Of a stretch of 64,000 nucleotides of DNA, positions 19,285-29,377 are shown piece by piece. Each line of letters opens with the position of its first letter. Position 1 is the stretch's first letter. The notes below the pieces were generated by a model. It was given only the letters and a program-made list of their open reading frames with translations, was not told where the DNA came from and searched no databases. Both the position numbers and the translations under genes were made by a program. This stretch comes from Pseudomonadota bacterium (GTDB lineage Bacteria > Bdellovibrionota_C > UBA2361 > OMII01), in the NCBI GenBank assembly GCA_046300175.1, contig JBKCMS010000067.1, forward strand, positions 5,417 to 69,416, written 5' to 3'.

Positions 19285-20673
19285 TTATGCAGCCGCGCTG
19301 AGAGAGGATTTAATCGTCTCTATTCGGTCGATCACCATTTTCTTATAGCTCTCAAGCAGCTCAGCAGATTCGGCCTCAAATCGCATTACAAGCACCGGCT
19401 GCGTATTAGATGCGCGAACAAGCCCCCAGCCTCTGTCAAAAGTAACCCTAACACCATCGATGGTATCAACCTTAAACTCCTTGAAGGCCTCTTGTGCTGC
19501 TGTTGCGATCTTAAACTTGATCGCCTCTGGGCAATCTACCCGCATCTCTGGGGTCGAAAGCATTGGTTTGAGTCCAGACAGTAGGCTTGAAAGCGCGCCG
19601 CTGTGTTTGCTCATAATTTCCACCAGTCGAGCCGAGGAGTAGAGTGCGTCGTCGAAACCGAAGTACCTGTGCTTGAAAAAGATGTGCCCGCTCATTTCAC
19701 CAGCCAGGTCACCATGGGTCTCTTTGAGCTTGCTTTTGATCAGAGAATGACCCGTCTTCCACATGATTGCCTTGGCCCCACGAGCGTTAAGGTCATCAAA
19801 AAGCTGACTAGAGCACTTAACATCCCCAATGATCGTTGCTCCTGGTTTCTCAGCTAGAATAGCGCGGCCATAAATCAACAATAGCATATCACCAAATACA
19901 GGCTCACCGCGCTCATCAACTACGCCGATGCGATCAGCATCACCGTCCCATCCGATACCAAAGTCGGCTCCGTGTGTCTTAACCGCAGCCACCAGGTCTT
20001 TTATGTTCTTGAGCTCAGTTGGATCCGGATGGTGGTTTGGAAATCGCCCATCTGGATCGCAGAACAGCTCAATTACCTCAACGCCGAGCGCTTTCAACAC
20101 CGCCGGACCAACGAGCCCTCCAACACCGTTTCCGGCGTCTACTACAACCTTAAGTTTCCGTGAGCCTATATGAGGCTTAGAGTTGTCAATAATTGAAGAA
20201 ATATATGACTCTCGAACAGCAAGCTGCGATATAGTTCCACGTTTGCCAGTAGGGGCGCTTTGCAACACTCGCTCGCAGCGTGCCTTAAGGTCTTGTATCT
20301 CCGCTCCGGATAAGGTCTGTTTGCCGAGAAGAATCTTAAATCCGTTCATATCTGGCGGGTTGTGACTGCCAGTGACCTGAATTCCCCCTCCGAGTTCGTT
20401 AGAAAAAACAGCGAAGTAAAGTTGCGGTGTAGGTCCCATGCCGGTGAGCACTACGTCTAGCCCCTCATCGGCTAGTCCTTCAGCCAAGGCTTGCGCATAT
20501 CCTGGAGAGCTTAGGCGGCAGTCGTGCCCGACTCCGATACGGTTTAGGCCGTGCTCCTTGGCAAGAGTGCCGTAGGCGCGTCCCAGCAGCCGAGCGAACT
20601 CATCACTAAGTTCACTACCTACCGTCCCACGGATATCATATTCCCTAAAAATTACCGGATTAACTTTCATCAT
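19285..20673 (-). CDS. phosphomannomutase/phosphoglucomutase
   Basis: Phosphoserine loop GIQVTGSHNPPDMNGFK, metal loop GWDGDADRIGVVD, and GEMSGH. Confidence 0.9.
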   Translation of the reverse strand: MMKVNPVIFREYDIRGTVGSELSDEFARLLGRAYGTLAKEHGLNRIGVGHDCRLSSPGYAQALAEGLADEGLDVVLTGMGPTPQLYFAVFSNELGGGIQVTGSHNPPDMNGFKILLGKQTLSGAEIQDLKARCERVLQSAPTGKRGTISQLAVRESYISSIIDNSKPHIGSRKLKVVVDAGNGVGGLVGPAVLKALGVEVIELFCDPDGRFPNHHPDPTELKNIKDLVAAVKTHGADFGIGWDGDADRIGVVDERGEPVFGDMLLLIYGRAILAEKPGATIIGDVKCSSQLFDDLNARGAKAIMWKTGHSLIKSKLKETHGDLAGEMSGHIFFKHRYFGFDDALYSSARLVEIMSKHSGALSSLLSGLKPMLSTPEMRVDCPEAIKFKIATAAQEAFKEFKVDTIDGVRVTFDRGWGLVRASNTQPVLVMRFEAESAELLESYKKMVIDRIETIKSSLSAAA

Positions 20674-20674
20674 A

Positions 20675-21781
20675 TTAATATTTCTTGTCGACTATATGGT
20701 TTTTTTGTAGCTCCGCACCGAAATACGATGAGAGTTTCTCCTCAGTTTTACGTTTCTGGATGGTCTTTCGGGCTTCATCGCGGCGCGCCTTTAACTGTGC
20801 CTCGCTCTCTGTGCCGTTATCATCCTCTTTGTCCTCTTGATTCTCTTCGCCCTCTTCGTCGTCCTCTGCCCCAAGGCGCTCCTCAACAAAGAATATCTGC
20901 GTAACCCCTTCTGTTACTACAGGTTTACTATATTTTCCAGCCTCTAGTGAGCGGACAGCCTCAAGTATGTGGCCACTTAGGTCTTTAACTGCGACCATCC
21001 CTAGTAGCCCGCCCTCTGCCCTGTTAGGGTTATCAGAGAACTCTTGTGCAGCAGATTCAAAACTTTTGCCAGCGGCCAGGGCTTGTTCCACCGCTTGCAC
21101 CTTTGCAGAGATTTCGTCATTTGAGCGGCCAGCGTGTGCAATGCTTATCGAGCGTAGCTTCACCGAGGCTCCACCACTTGAGAGACTCGGGTTTGATGAA
21201 ACATACTCGTCGACCTCCTGCTCTGAGACGCTTACACCACCTTTTGCTATGGAGGAGGCTAACTTGGTTTTGAGAATCTCACTTCTGACCTGACGTCGAT
21301 ACCAGGCTACGCTCTTTCCCTCGCGTTTAAGAACACCCTCGAAGTCGGGCCTTGATAGAGAGTTTCGAGCTGCCACCTCATTGATGTATTCCTCAATCTC
21401 AGCGTCATCGACCGACACCCTCTTTAAGGAAGCCTCGGCTTCTAAGATACGCTCAAAGATTATAGTTTCCAGGGTTTGCTGGGCTTCCTGGTCCGTTGCT
21501 ATCTCTTTAAGAGAGAGTTTTCTAGGTGTTGATAATCGCGAGGTAAGCTCAGAGAGGGTAATCGGCTTTTCGTCCACCGAGGCTACTACGGCATCGATTA
21601 CAAACTCGCTCACAGGAGCAGGCGCTTGGCTCTTAGGAGCGGCGCTCAAAGGGGTATAGAGGACCGGGAAGGTTGCAAGTACCGCTATTGATGAGGCCAG
21701 AAGCGTTCGCCGAGGTGTAGGGGAGGTCTGACCCTGCGGGACAGTCTGTTTGAGCACGAAAGATATAAGCGGCATAATCAT
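20675..21781 (-). CDS. SurA/PrsA-like periplasmic peptidyl-prolyl isomerase (parvulin domain) with acidic tail
   Basis: Signal peptide, SurA-N-like helical region, parvulin segment AQEFSDNPNRAEGGLLG, C-terminal EDDEEGEENQEDKEDD. Confidence 0.75.
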   Translation of the reverse strand: MIMPLISFVLKQTVPQGQTSPTPRRTLLASSIAVLATFPVLYTPLSAAPKSQAPAPVSEFVIDAVVASVDEKPITLSELTSRLSTPRKLSLKEIATDQEAQQTLETIIFERILEAEASLKRVSVDDAEIEEYINEVAARNSLSRPDFEGVLKREGKSVAWYRRQVRSEILKTKLASSIAKGGVSVSEQEVDEYVSSNPSLSSGGASVKLRSISIAHAGRSNDEISAKVQAVEQALAAGKSFESAAQEFSDNPNRAEGGLLGMVAVKDLSGHILEAVRSLEAGKYSKPVVTEGVTQIFFVEERLGAEDDEEGEENQEDKEDDNGTESEAQLKARRDEARKTIQKRKTEEKLSSYFGAELQKNHIVDKKY

Positions 21782-21896
21782 ATTAGGAAACCCGTTCTCA
21801 GTAAGCTAGCTAAGTCTTGTAGGTTTCACAACACCAACTTATAGTGGGCCCCAACAAGTGTCGTTCGCGCCTAGAAACCGATTCAATAGGATTTCC

Positions 21897-22766
21897 ATGA
21901 AAAGCTCGGATCATTCCCTGGCTAAGTCATTAATCTGCAGTGTAGTGCTGTGTGGTGTAAGTGCCTTTTTAGGTGGCTGCGGTGGGGGTGGTGATAGCTC
22001 GGATGGGTCGTCTGGAGGCGGGTCAGCATGCAATTCGATCGGTTATGCAGCAGCGCTGAAAGTAGCCAATGGAGAGCAGTGTGTGGCAGACAGCGAAAGC
22101 GACACCTCATCTGTTGTGAAGCTGCGAATAGAGACTAGGGACGGCTCGATTGGCACCTGCACAGGCACGGTCATCTCAACGACGGCAGTATTGACGGCAG
22201 GGCATTGCTTTGCTTACTCCGACTGGTCACGAGTAATTATCACAGCAGTGTCAGCGGGAAGAAAAGTTGATGTTCAGTCAACTAGTGTAGTCGTGCATCC
22301 AAACTTCAGAGCGTCGCTTTCAGAGGGGTTGTTTTTTAATGACGCAGCAATTGTAAAGGTGGGTTCGGCGCTCCCTGTTCCTCCGCTACCACTCTTGGTT
22401 TCTCGTGCCCCTCAGGTGGGTGAGGATTCAACGGTTGCTGGATACGGGCAGACCGAAAATGGAGGTGCAGCTGTGGATGATGTTGTCGCTGGGCAGGCGG
22501 TGATTCGTTCAGTGACCGATAATCACCTGCGAATCGATTATCGTGATGGCGAGAGCCATCCATGCAAAGGGGATTCCGGAGGTGCGCTATTAGTGCAGCA
22601 GGGAGAGGGCTTGGCCATAGCGGGAGTAGTCTCGCAGAGTGATCCGAGCGTAACGGCTGACCAGATATGTGAGCAGGGTGAAGACAAGACGCTTTACACG
22701 AATACTCAGCAGGCCTCAGTTTCCAATTTTATCTTGGCGCAAGCCCGCGGTGCAGCGACAAAGTAA
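21897..22766 (+). CDS. trypsin-like (S1) serine protease lipoprotein
   Basis: Lipobox FLGGC followed by a Gly/Ser linker. His LTAGHCF, Ser CKGDSGGAL. The ATG at 21897 has AGGA upstream; the ORF track starts at an upstream GTG (21858). Confidence 0.8.
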   Translation: MKSSDHSLAKSLICSVVLCGVSAFLGGCGGGGDSSDGSSGGGSACNSIGYAAALKVANGEQCVADSESDTSSVVKLRIETRDGSIGTCTGTVISTTAVLTAGHCFAYSDWSRVIITAVSAGRKVDVQSTSVVVHPNFRASLSEGLFFNDAAIVKVGSALPVPPLPLLVSRAPQVGEDSTVAGYGQTENGGAAVDDVVAGQAVIRSVTDNHLRIDYRDGESHPCKGDSGGALLVQQGEGLAIAGVVSQSDPSVTADQICEQGEDKTLYTNTQQASVSNFILAQARGAATK

Positions 22767-22796
22767 ATCTATAATAGTTAAAAGAGCAGTGTAGTT

Positions 22797-23813
22797 ATGA
22801 AAATCACTAATCCATGGGTGTTGAGGCTGCTACGGCAGGGAGCTAAAGCAGCATCGTTTTTTTTGGTACTGCTGGGTATCTCAACCGTACCTGTAGCTGC
22901 GCAGGACTGCGACCGTTGTGCAGCAACGGCCTACCTACAGAGCGCGCTTTTACCTGAAGTAACTAACCACGTTGGCTTGCAGCTCAGCTATGATTACCGC
23001 CATACGATGCTCACAGGGAGCTCAGACACCCCGAACGCCGCCGATGAGAAGGTGGCAACTACGGTGGCGAACCTCTACTACTCACATAGTCTAATCGAGG
23101 GAACTAGCTTTGACCTGTACCTACCTTTTGAATCTCAAGCTTACACCGCCCGGCCTAATTACACCTATGATAGTGGGCGTGACTCAGCACTTGGCGATCT
23201 GAGTCTTTTGGTAACACAGCAGCTTTTCGGCGGAGTAGCCGAACGGAAACTGGTAGATTGGCGCCTTAGAGCAGGTGTAAAGCTTCCAACGGGAGATTCA
23301 TCTCAGCTAAAGAAATACCCCGCAGAGGTCGTTCGCCCGGATCCTCAAGGTTCAGTGTATCCAACCAGCGCCCTGTATCCGTACGATCGGGCACTAGGAA
23401 GTGGCTCGGTCGACTGGATTATCGGATCGAGCTACGTGGTGCGCTATGAGGATTTTTTTGGGCTCGTAGATGCGCAGTTTATCGGGCGTACCACGGGGGA
23501 GAATGACTTTACCGTGGGTAACACGGCAACGGTGCATGTCACCCCTGGGTACATCTTCTCATACTCAAGAGGTAATGAGTTCTCGTTGCTGCTGGATGCA
23601 GCTTATCGTTACGATGCTCAGTCGGACTATGACGGTAAGACGGTCGACAATTCTGGTCAGACAGCATTTAGCATGGGCCCGCAATTGATGGGCAACTTTC
23701 AAGGTAAGGTGCTCGCCTTAGTTGGGGTTAACCTACCACTCTACCAGAGTGTAGAGGGCACACAGTTGGCCTCTGACTACCAGATATTAGCATCGATAAT
23801 GACCGGGTTTTAG
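22797..23813 (+). CDS. putative outer-membrane beta-barrel protein
   Basis: Signal peptide ending VAAQD, alternating beta-strand pattern, C-terminal ...IMTGF with terminal Phe. Confidence 0.5.
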   Translation: MKITNPWVLRLLRQGAKAASFFLVLLGISTVPVAAQDCDRCAATAYLQSALLPEVTNHVGLQLSYDYRHTMLTGSSDTPNAADEKVATTVANLYYSHSLIEGTSFDLYLPFESQAYTARPNYTYDSGRDSALGDLSLLVTQQLFGGVAERKLVDWRLRAGVKLPTGDSSQLKKYPAEVVRPDPQGSVYPTSALYPYDRALGSGSVDWIIGSSYVVRYEDFFGLVDAQFIGRTTGENDFTVGNTATVHVTPGYIFSYSRGNEFSLLLDAAYRYDAQSDYDGKTVDNSGQTAFSMGPQLMGNFQGKVLALVGVNLPLYQSVEGTQLASDYQILASIMTGF

Positions 23814-23849
23814 AGTCTCGGCATCACTCCGGAATCCTCGAAAACGCTA

Positions 23850-26381
23850 TCAGCTGCCCCCGAGTTTACTTGCTGGGTCACTAACAACGGCATCCAGCTG
23901 CTCAGCAGCTGCCTCCGGGCTGAGCGCCCGTTTAAAATGACCGGCCTCACCAGACTGACTCTCCAGCTCATTTACTAACTCTTGGCGCATATAGTCCCAG
24001 CGCATAATCTCCGGTAGCTGCGGAAAGTGTTCAGTCAACTTCTTGAGTACCTTTAACGGGTTCTTCCGATCCTCCTCTGTCAGTGATTCTACAACTGTGC
24101 TGCACACTTTGGTTAGCTCGTTCATAGTCGACAGCTTGGTTGCTGTTTCTTGCTCTATACTGGTAGGCAGATCTCGATCAAATCCAAAACGGGCTGCGAA
24201 TTCCTGCTTCCATAACTCGAATGTGTTAAGCTTTCCTTCGTGCATATACGATACTCTGATTGATCGTTGGTACAGGTCTTCGTAGAATTTTGTTGCCTTA
24301 TCAATCTCATCATTTAAACTTTTCCACGTAGCAGGTGCATTCTTTTTCACTGCATCACTAGGATGGCCCCAAGAGTACCAAGACTTTTCACCTAACAACT
24401 CAAGCATTCTGCCGTAGTTATGAGCATTAGCCGAGTCGATCTGATCTTGGCTAGAGGTTTGTTCTACCTTTATAAATCCAAGCTGTTTCAGTTCTTGCGG
24501 CTGCTTAGTTAGAACAAAACCTGCCAAAGCATCAAGCCTTGCTAATTCAGTTATCTGTTCTCTCTCCTCCTTGCTAAATTTTGGTGATTCAAGCCGCTCT
24601 TTAACTATTTCAGAGTCCGGCGAATGAACAAATCCCTTCAAAGCTCTTTGAATTGATGCCAGCACTGCCTTCTTTTTCGGGCTCGTAGAGCAGGCGTTTT
24701 CATGTTCTCTTGCTAGACCAGCACTAACTCCGTAGAGAGTACCGCCTGCCGCCGAAGCCGCGCCTAGTGCCCAACCGATCGGACCAGAACAGGCAAATGG
24801 AATTATGCCGAGAGAGTAAGAGCCGCCGACTGCACCAGTAATTTGCGTGTCGTTCATATCTATGAACTGGCCCTGGCTAAATTTTTGGTATCCATCAACA
24901 GCCGCTAATACCCCTCCACTACCCCCGATAACGGTCCTACCTAACATCGCGACGCCCGGGATGTTGGTTAGGCCGACGCGACTACTCGTGCTGCTAACTA
25001 ACTTTTGCGCTGCGGCGATGGCAGTAACGCTCAGGGCGACGTCGCCAGCGGCGCTAGCGCCTTCTGCCAATCGCGCCCTAGTCATGTTGTTCTTGTCCCC
25101 CTCTTGAGTGGTGAATGTAGTTTGGAGCCATTCGAATGCTTCGATATCCTTCGTTAACGATCGAATAAGTTCGGGGACCGCCGAGTGTTCAGCGTCAGGA
25201 TCGTAACTAGCCGCCATTACATTGGTGACAGCCTCAGAAACTGTAAGCATGGCTACTGTTGCATGGAACGGGTTTTTCGCCGCCCAGTCACTTACTTTAA
25301 CCTTAGCGCGCCACTGTCCAGCTACCTCTTTCAGCTTGCTAAGAGTACTCTGTTTACTGACCTCGGTGGCGGTCGTAGTTAAGGGGGCAACTTTAGCCTC
25401 AGTCAATTTACCTGAAGCTCCTGTTTCTGTGGGTGGAGGTGGTGTTTTAGGCCCCTGGTTAGAATTTTTTGCAGTGCCCTCGCTCACGGTCGAGCGCCCC
25501 GAAACTAAATTTGTTGCGGCCTCAAAGGTTGCACGATAACCGTCAGCTATCAGCTGCGTGCCCTTAGAAGTGAGCTTGACAGCACCATCCCTTGCTATTT
25601 TAGCACCCTCGACTACCTTTTGACCCAGACCACCAGACCCCTTAATTGCGCTCGCTTGTCCTGCCTTGACTCCATCTGCGGCCTTGGCTGGTCTCACGAT
25701 CCGCTCGCCTCGCAGTGGTGCGCGTGCATTTGGTGTGTATGATTCCTCCTCGGTGTTCGCACGATCTGAAGGGCTCGTTTCGGTCGCTGCTTGAGATGCC
25801 TGAGTAAGAGCAGACTGTGTAGCTGTTAGCGACGCCTCTTTAGCTCTTTGCACATCACTTTTACTTATCAGGTACTCTTTTTCGCCAAGTTTAAGGTGCA
25901 GAAATTTCACTGATTCGTCGATGGTGAGCGACACAGTTGTTCGCCCATCGGCATGATGAGTCACCTTAGCGTCGTAGGTATCGGGTTGATTGACAGCGAC
26001 GAGACGGTTAGTCTGCTTCGGCAATGTTTCTAAGATCTGATGGTTCCTATTTGCTTTGCTGTAGTCACCGTTATTCCTGACGTAACCAAATGCGATGGTA
26101 GAAGAGCTGTTCTCAACGGAGGCTTCTAGTCTACCGTCAGAGCCTATTTTCAATTGTAGCCCATCTTTTGTAGTCGTCCCATGAAGCAGTTTTTGTTGGA
26201 CGGTCTGAGTTGGAGCGGCAGCTCCAGCTGCCAAAGCTCGTTGAGTCCCTAGCCGACTAACCGTGGTAGTTGAAGGTATAGAGTCATTCAGTGGGTTAAT
26301 AGGAATAGGGCGATCATCGGGAGCTGCATTTGGGTCAAAGCTATAGTGGGTATAAACCTCTTGCTTAACTGCCTCTGCCAT
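23850..26381 (-). CDS. large orphan protein (843 aa) with central Gly-rich hydrophobic module
   Basis: Uninterrupted 843-codon ORF with no signal peptide. Residues ~440-557 are Gly/Ala-rich hydrophobic (GVAMLGRTVIGGSGGVLAAV...GPIGWALGAASAAGGTLYGVSAGLA). I recognise no family. Confidence 0.6.
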   Translation of the reverse strand: MAEAVKQEVYTHYSFDPNAAPDDRPIPINPLNDSIPSTTTVSRLGTQRALAAGAAAPTQTVQQKLLHGTTTKDGLQLKIGSDGRLEASVENSSSTIAFGYVRNNGDYSKANRNHQILETLPKQTNRLVAVNQPDTYDAKVTHHADGRTTVSLTIDESVKFLHLKLGEKEYLISKSDVQRAKEASLTATQSALTQASQAATETSPSDRANTEEESYTPNARAPLRGERIVRPAKAADGVKAGQASAIKGSGGLGQKVVEGAKIARDGAVKLTSKGTQLIADGYRATFEAATNLVSGRSTVSEGTAKNSNQGPKTPPPPTETGASGKLTEAKVAPLTTTATEVSKQSTLSKLKEVAGQWRAKVKVSDWAAKNPFHATVAMLTVSEAVTNVMAASYDPDAEHSAVPELIRSLTKDIEAFEWLQTTFTTQEGDKNNMTRARLAEGASAAGDVALSVTAIAAAQKLVSSTSSRVGLTNIPGVAMLGRTVIGGSGGVLAAVDGYQKFSQGQFIDMNDTQITGAVGGSYSLGIIPFACSGPIGWALGAASAAGGTLYGVSAGLAREHENACSTSPKKKAVLASIQRALKGFVHSPDSEIVKERLESPKFSKEEREQITELARLDALAGFVLTKQPQELKQLGFIKVEQTSSQDQIDSANAHNYGRMLELLGEKSWYSWGHPSDAVKKNAPATWKSLNDEIDKATKFYEDLYQRSIRVSYMHEGKLNTFELWKQEFAARFGFDRDLPTSIEQETATKLSTMNELTKVCSTVVESLTEEDRKNPLKVLKKLTEHFPQLPEIMRWDYMRQELVNELESQSGEAGHFKRALSPEAAAEQLDAVVSDPASKLGGS

Positions 26382-26995
26382 CTTGTTCTCCGTAATTGTG
26401 AGCTAGCTACTGGAGGGTAAAAGGAATGCGCGGCATATACCGCACACTCCAAGTTAAAGTCCTTAGCTGAGAACCCCACTTACTAAAGGGTATGGCTAAA
26501 TTAACTGTAGGTGTGCGCTAAGCGGATGGCGAGATATGCCTCACAAGTAAATTGAGCTTGTTAAGAGGGAGGCAACTCATGGCGCTGCAATGGAAAAGAG
26601 AGCTGATTCAGGCAATTAAGCGGGTCAGCGATTAAGAAGCAAAGGAGCCAACATTTTAACCACCTTGCACTGGGTTTAGAGGAACGATTATCCATAGGTC
26701 GTTCCGGTTGCCGATGACCTTTATAAGAGCGACTACACTCTGATGACCAGTTATAACATTATTCGCATGCACACTTGACCGTGGGCCAGCTGCCATTGCA
26801 CTTGTCTATAGATCCTAATCATCTGGGGCCCTTATTTAACTAGCTGCGGATTCATCGAATAAAGATAGAGTTTATAGCGTCCAACTGATATCGGCATCGT
26901 CCGCCAGAGGGTAATAATTATAGCTCTCGGTATAGCTCTCTTTATGACCCCGGCACGTCGCCCTAAACCTTTAATTTATTCGAGGGAGGTCAGTT

Positions 26996-27463
26996 ATGAA
27001 AGCTCCAAGCCCCGGTTCTCTCTGTGATGATACGGGATCAGACGGTGGCATAAAAGGCAGTGAGTTGGTTCCCGCACCTAGCCCTGAACTTGCATTAATT
27101 GCTAGGTCGTTCGCGTCGGTGCTCATTGGGCAAGCAGTGGCAGACGGAGAGGTGCGCGCATCCGAGATGAGGCATATTGAGCGTGTTATAAGAAAAACAT
27201 TCTATCTCGCAGAGGTTGACGCGCAACGCTTTGTCAGAGAGGCACTTGAGCAGTCTGCAGTGATCGGCTCTTTAGCGTTCGAGAATGCTTTGGAGACTTT
27301 ACGAGATAAATTTCTGCCACATCAACGAAAACGCTTTCAGGAAGCGCTTATAGAGCTTGCCGAGAGCGATGGGCAAATCGACGAGAAAGAGCGACTACTA
27401 GCCTGTTACGTTAGTAAGCGTTTAGGTATCGACAAAGTCTCTACTTCGAGTCGTCTAAGCTAA
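26996..27463 (+). CDS. TerB-like (tellurite-resistance TerB fold) protein
   Basis: Paired motifs ADGEVRASEMRHIERVI and SDGQIDEKERLL, typical of TerB/DjlA-N type domains. Confidence 0.5.
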   Translation: MKAPSPGSLCDDTGSDGGIKGSELVPAPSPELALIARSFASVLIGQAVADGEVRASEMRHIERVIRKTFYLAEVDAQRFVREALEQSAVIGSLAFENALETLRDKFLPHQRKRFQEALIELAESDGQIDEKERLLACYVSKRLGIDKVSTSSRLS

Positions 27464-27689
27464 CGGAGAGGGAATTCTTATGGTGCATCTGGCTATTCTT
27501 CTGACTAGGTCCACTCAGGCTCGGTCTCTAAGGCCAAAAACCTAACTGAGCCAATCAAGGGGACTCGAAGTTGGGGAGTTTCTGCTGATGTGGCTATTCG
27601 GGTTTATTTTATATGTCGCAAGCCACTAATGGGATGAAATCGGCGAGATGCATCTGCTTGGAGAGTTTTAGTTAATTGAAGGGCACATT

Positions 27690-27971
27690 ATGAAAGTAAC
27701 TATTCTTGGTGTAGACACTGAACGCGATGAGGCGATTTCGTTTATCCGAGCGAAATTGGAGCGAGTACGGGATAGATTTAAGTTAGACGGATCGGATATT
27801 GACGTCTGGTTGAGGGACACCAACGGACCTCGCGGTGGAATTGATCAAGAGTGCTCTATAAGAGTCACCCGGGCTCGGCAAATGCCAGTTGTAGTAAAGT
27901 GTCGGCATAGCTCCGTAAGATCGGCCGTTCTGGGCGCAATCTGTAGATTACGCAGGGCTATTGCTCGCTAG
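27690..27971 (+). CDS. short HPF/RaiA-like ribosome-associated protein
   Basis: 93 aa. Has a LRDTNGPRGGIDQECSIRV segment resembling the short HPF/RaiA family. Confidence 0.4.
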   Translation: MKVTILGVDTERDEAISFIRAKLERVRDRFKLDGSDIDVWLRDTNGPRGGIDQECSIRVTRARQMPVVVKCRHSSVRSAVLGAICRLRRAIAR

Positions 27972-28145
27972 TGTGATGTGAGTACCTTCACTACCACCAC
28001 AGAAAGAGGGGTATTTTCAGGTAGCCCAGCAGGGGTAGTATTACTTGCCCAATCTCTGTCAGACAAACTCATGCAGCCGGTGGTAGAGCAGAACAATTTG
28101 GCAGAGACGGCACCCGTCATGCACGAAAAGGATTGCTATAAACTC

Positions 28146-28762
28146 CTATCTGCCGAGCGCGTGAAATTTCAGGGCCATGAGAGACTCTAGTACTGCTTGA
28201 TGGTAGCAAAGAAGCTCATAATCGTGGGCTTTAAAATCAGTAAATCGCTCATAGTACCGAAAAGTGCTCCCTGATTGAAGAGACTGTCTGGTAGAGTGCT
28301 CCCTCCAAGTGGTGAACGAGCTTTAGTTGTTGAACTTAGCTTAATCGACATTCGCTTCCTTGGTAGTTGTCAGATATTGAGTCCTCTAAGCCACCTGCTT
28401 GATATTTTCTTAAGGTATTTGGTGGCGGTGTTACAGCTTAAAAAGAGGCGCTCTGCAATACTCTCTGATGACTTACCTGCATCGAGCAGCAAAGTGCACT
28501 TAATCCTGTCTCAAGAAGCGCGCATTGCGCTCCAGTCGCAGCTCTTGCTCCAGAGCGGTTTGAGTTCCTGCTAGATAAAAACATACTGAGCCGTCACTGG
28601 GTCTGCTTGTATCAGTACCGGGGTGTTTATTAGCAACTAGACAGTGCCGTGCTGCAGCCAGAGTCCTTTTGTCTTCTACGGCGCAACTTGGGCAAGCTAA
28701 AATTGCGCTCTCCGTGCTATAGCGAGTGGTTTTTTCAAAAATCACTCGCGTAGCGTTTATGG
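28146..28762 (-). pseudogene. internally deleted, frameshifted IS630-like transposase relic
   Basis: Minus-strand frames give an HTH-like IKCTLLLDAGKSSESIAERLFLSCNTATKYLKK / YQAGGLED and a C-terminal RYYERFTDFKA...FFATIKQY...LESLMALKFH. Stops and frameshifts lie between them. It is far shorter than an intact IS630. Confidence 0.5.
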
Positions 28763-28819
28763 AAGCAGCTAAGACAAGTGATGAATTCAAAGTGGCCTTA
28801 ACCACTATTCATTGCTCGG

Positions 28820-28956
28820 AAACCAATTCCCCTTTTGTAGGTAGCTGATGTGCGGAAGGCTGCCTAAACGAAAGGAAGTACTAGGGGTCAGATTAGAGCT
28901 TAGATTCAGAGTGTTGAGTTGCGGATCTATCAAGTACCCCGGCGAGCTCGTGAGCT
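28820..28956 (+). repeat. dispersed repeat family C, copy 1
   Basis: aaaccaattcccc..gtagctgatgtgcggaagg...gagtgttgagttgcggatctatcaagtac..gcgagctcgtgagc aligns along its whole length with 32697-32832, in the same orientation. Confidence 0.8.
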
Positions 28957-29377
28957 AGAAAATCTAGGCGTTCTGTTCCTGTAAAGGAAATTCTCTTGAT
29001 TACAAGGGCACAGGGATGGTTTTTCAGGATAACGAGTTGCGCACCTTTTCTTGCTGGGCCAGTGTCTCAAGGTGAGTGTCTCAAGGTGAGATTGGACATC
29101 TTTAAGCCAATTTTCAGGAATAGTGTCTGAAACCGCATCAGCAAAAGTCGCAGCGACCTCTTTTGCTGATACGGAATTTTGCGCATCACTACAGTAGTGT
29201 CGGCCTTGGTAGTCGTTTGTTTTTGAACAAAGAGAGGGATGGAGTTGTAAGTGGAAAAATAGAGAAAGTAAATTACTGGCGTGCCTACGCGTCCTCAGCG
29301 GTATAGAAGAGGTAGTGATTACCCCAAGTGAGCACAGGGTGTCAGCGACTAATTCGAACTCCGCTTTAAGAAAGTCG

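Noticed and set aside
27978-28805. ORFs 27978-28190(+), 28275-28574(+) and 28500-28805(-) as real genes
   Set aside because: They lie on or next to the frameshifted IS630-like relic. Their translations are either antisense to, or fragments of, the transposase remnants.
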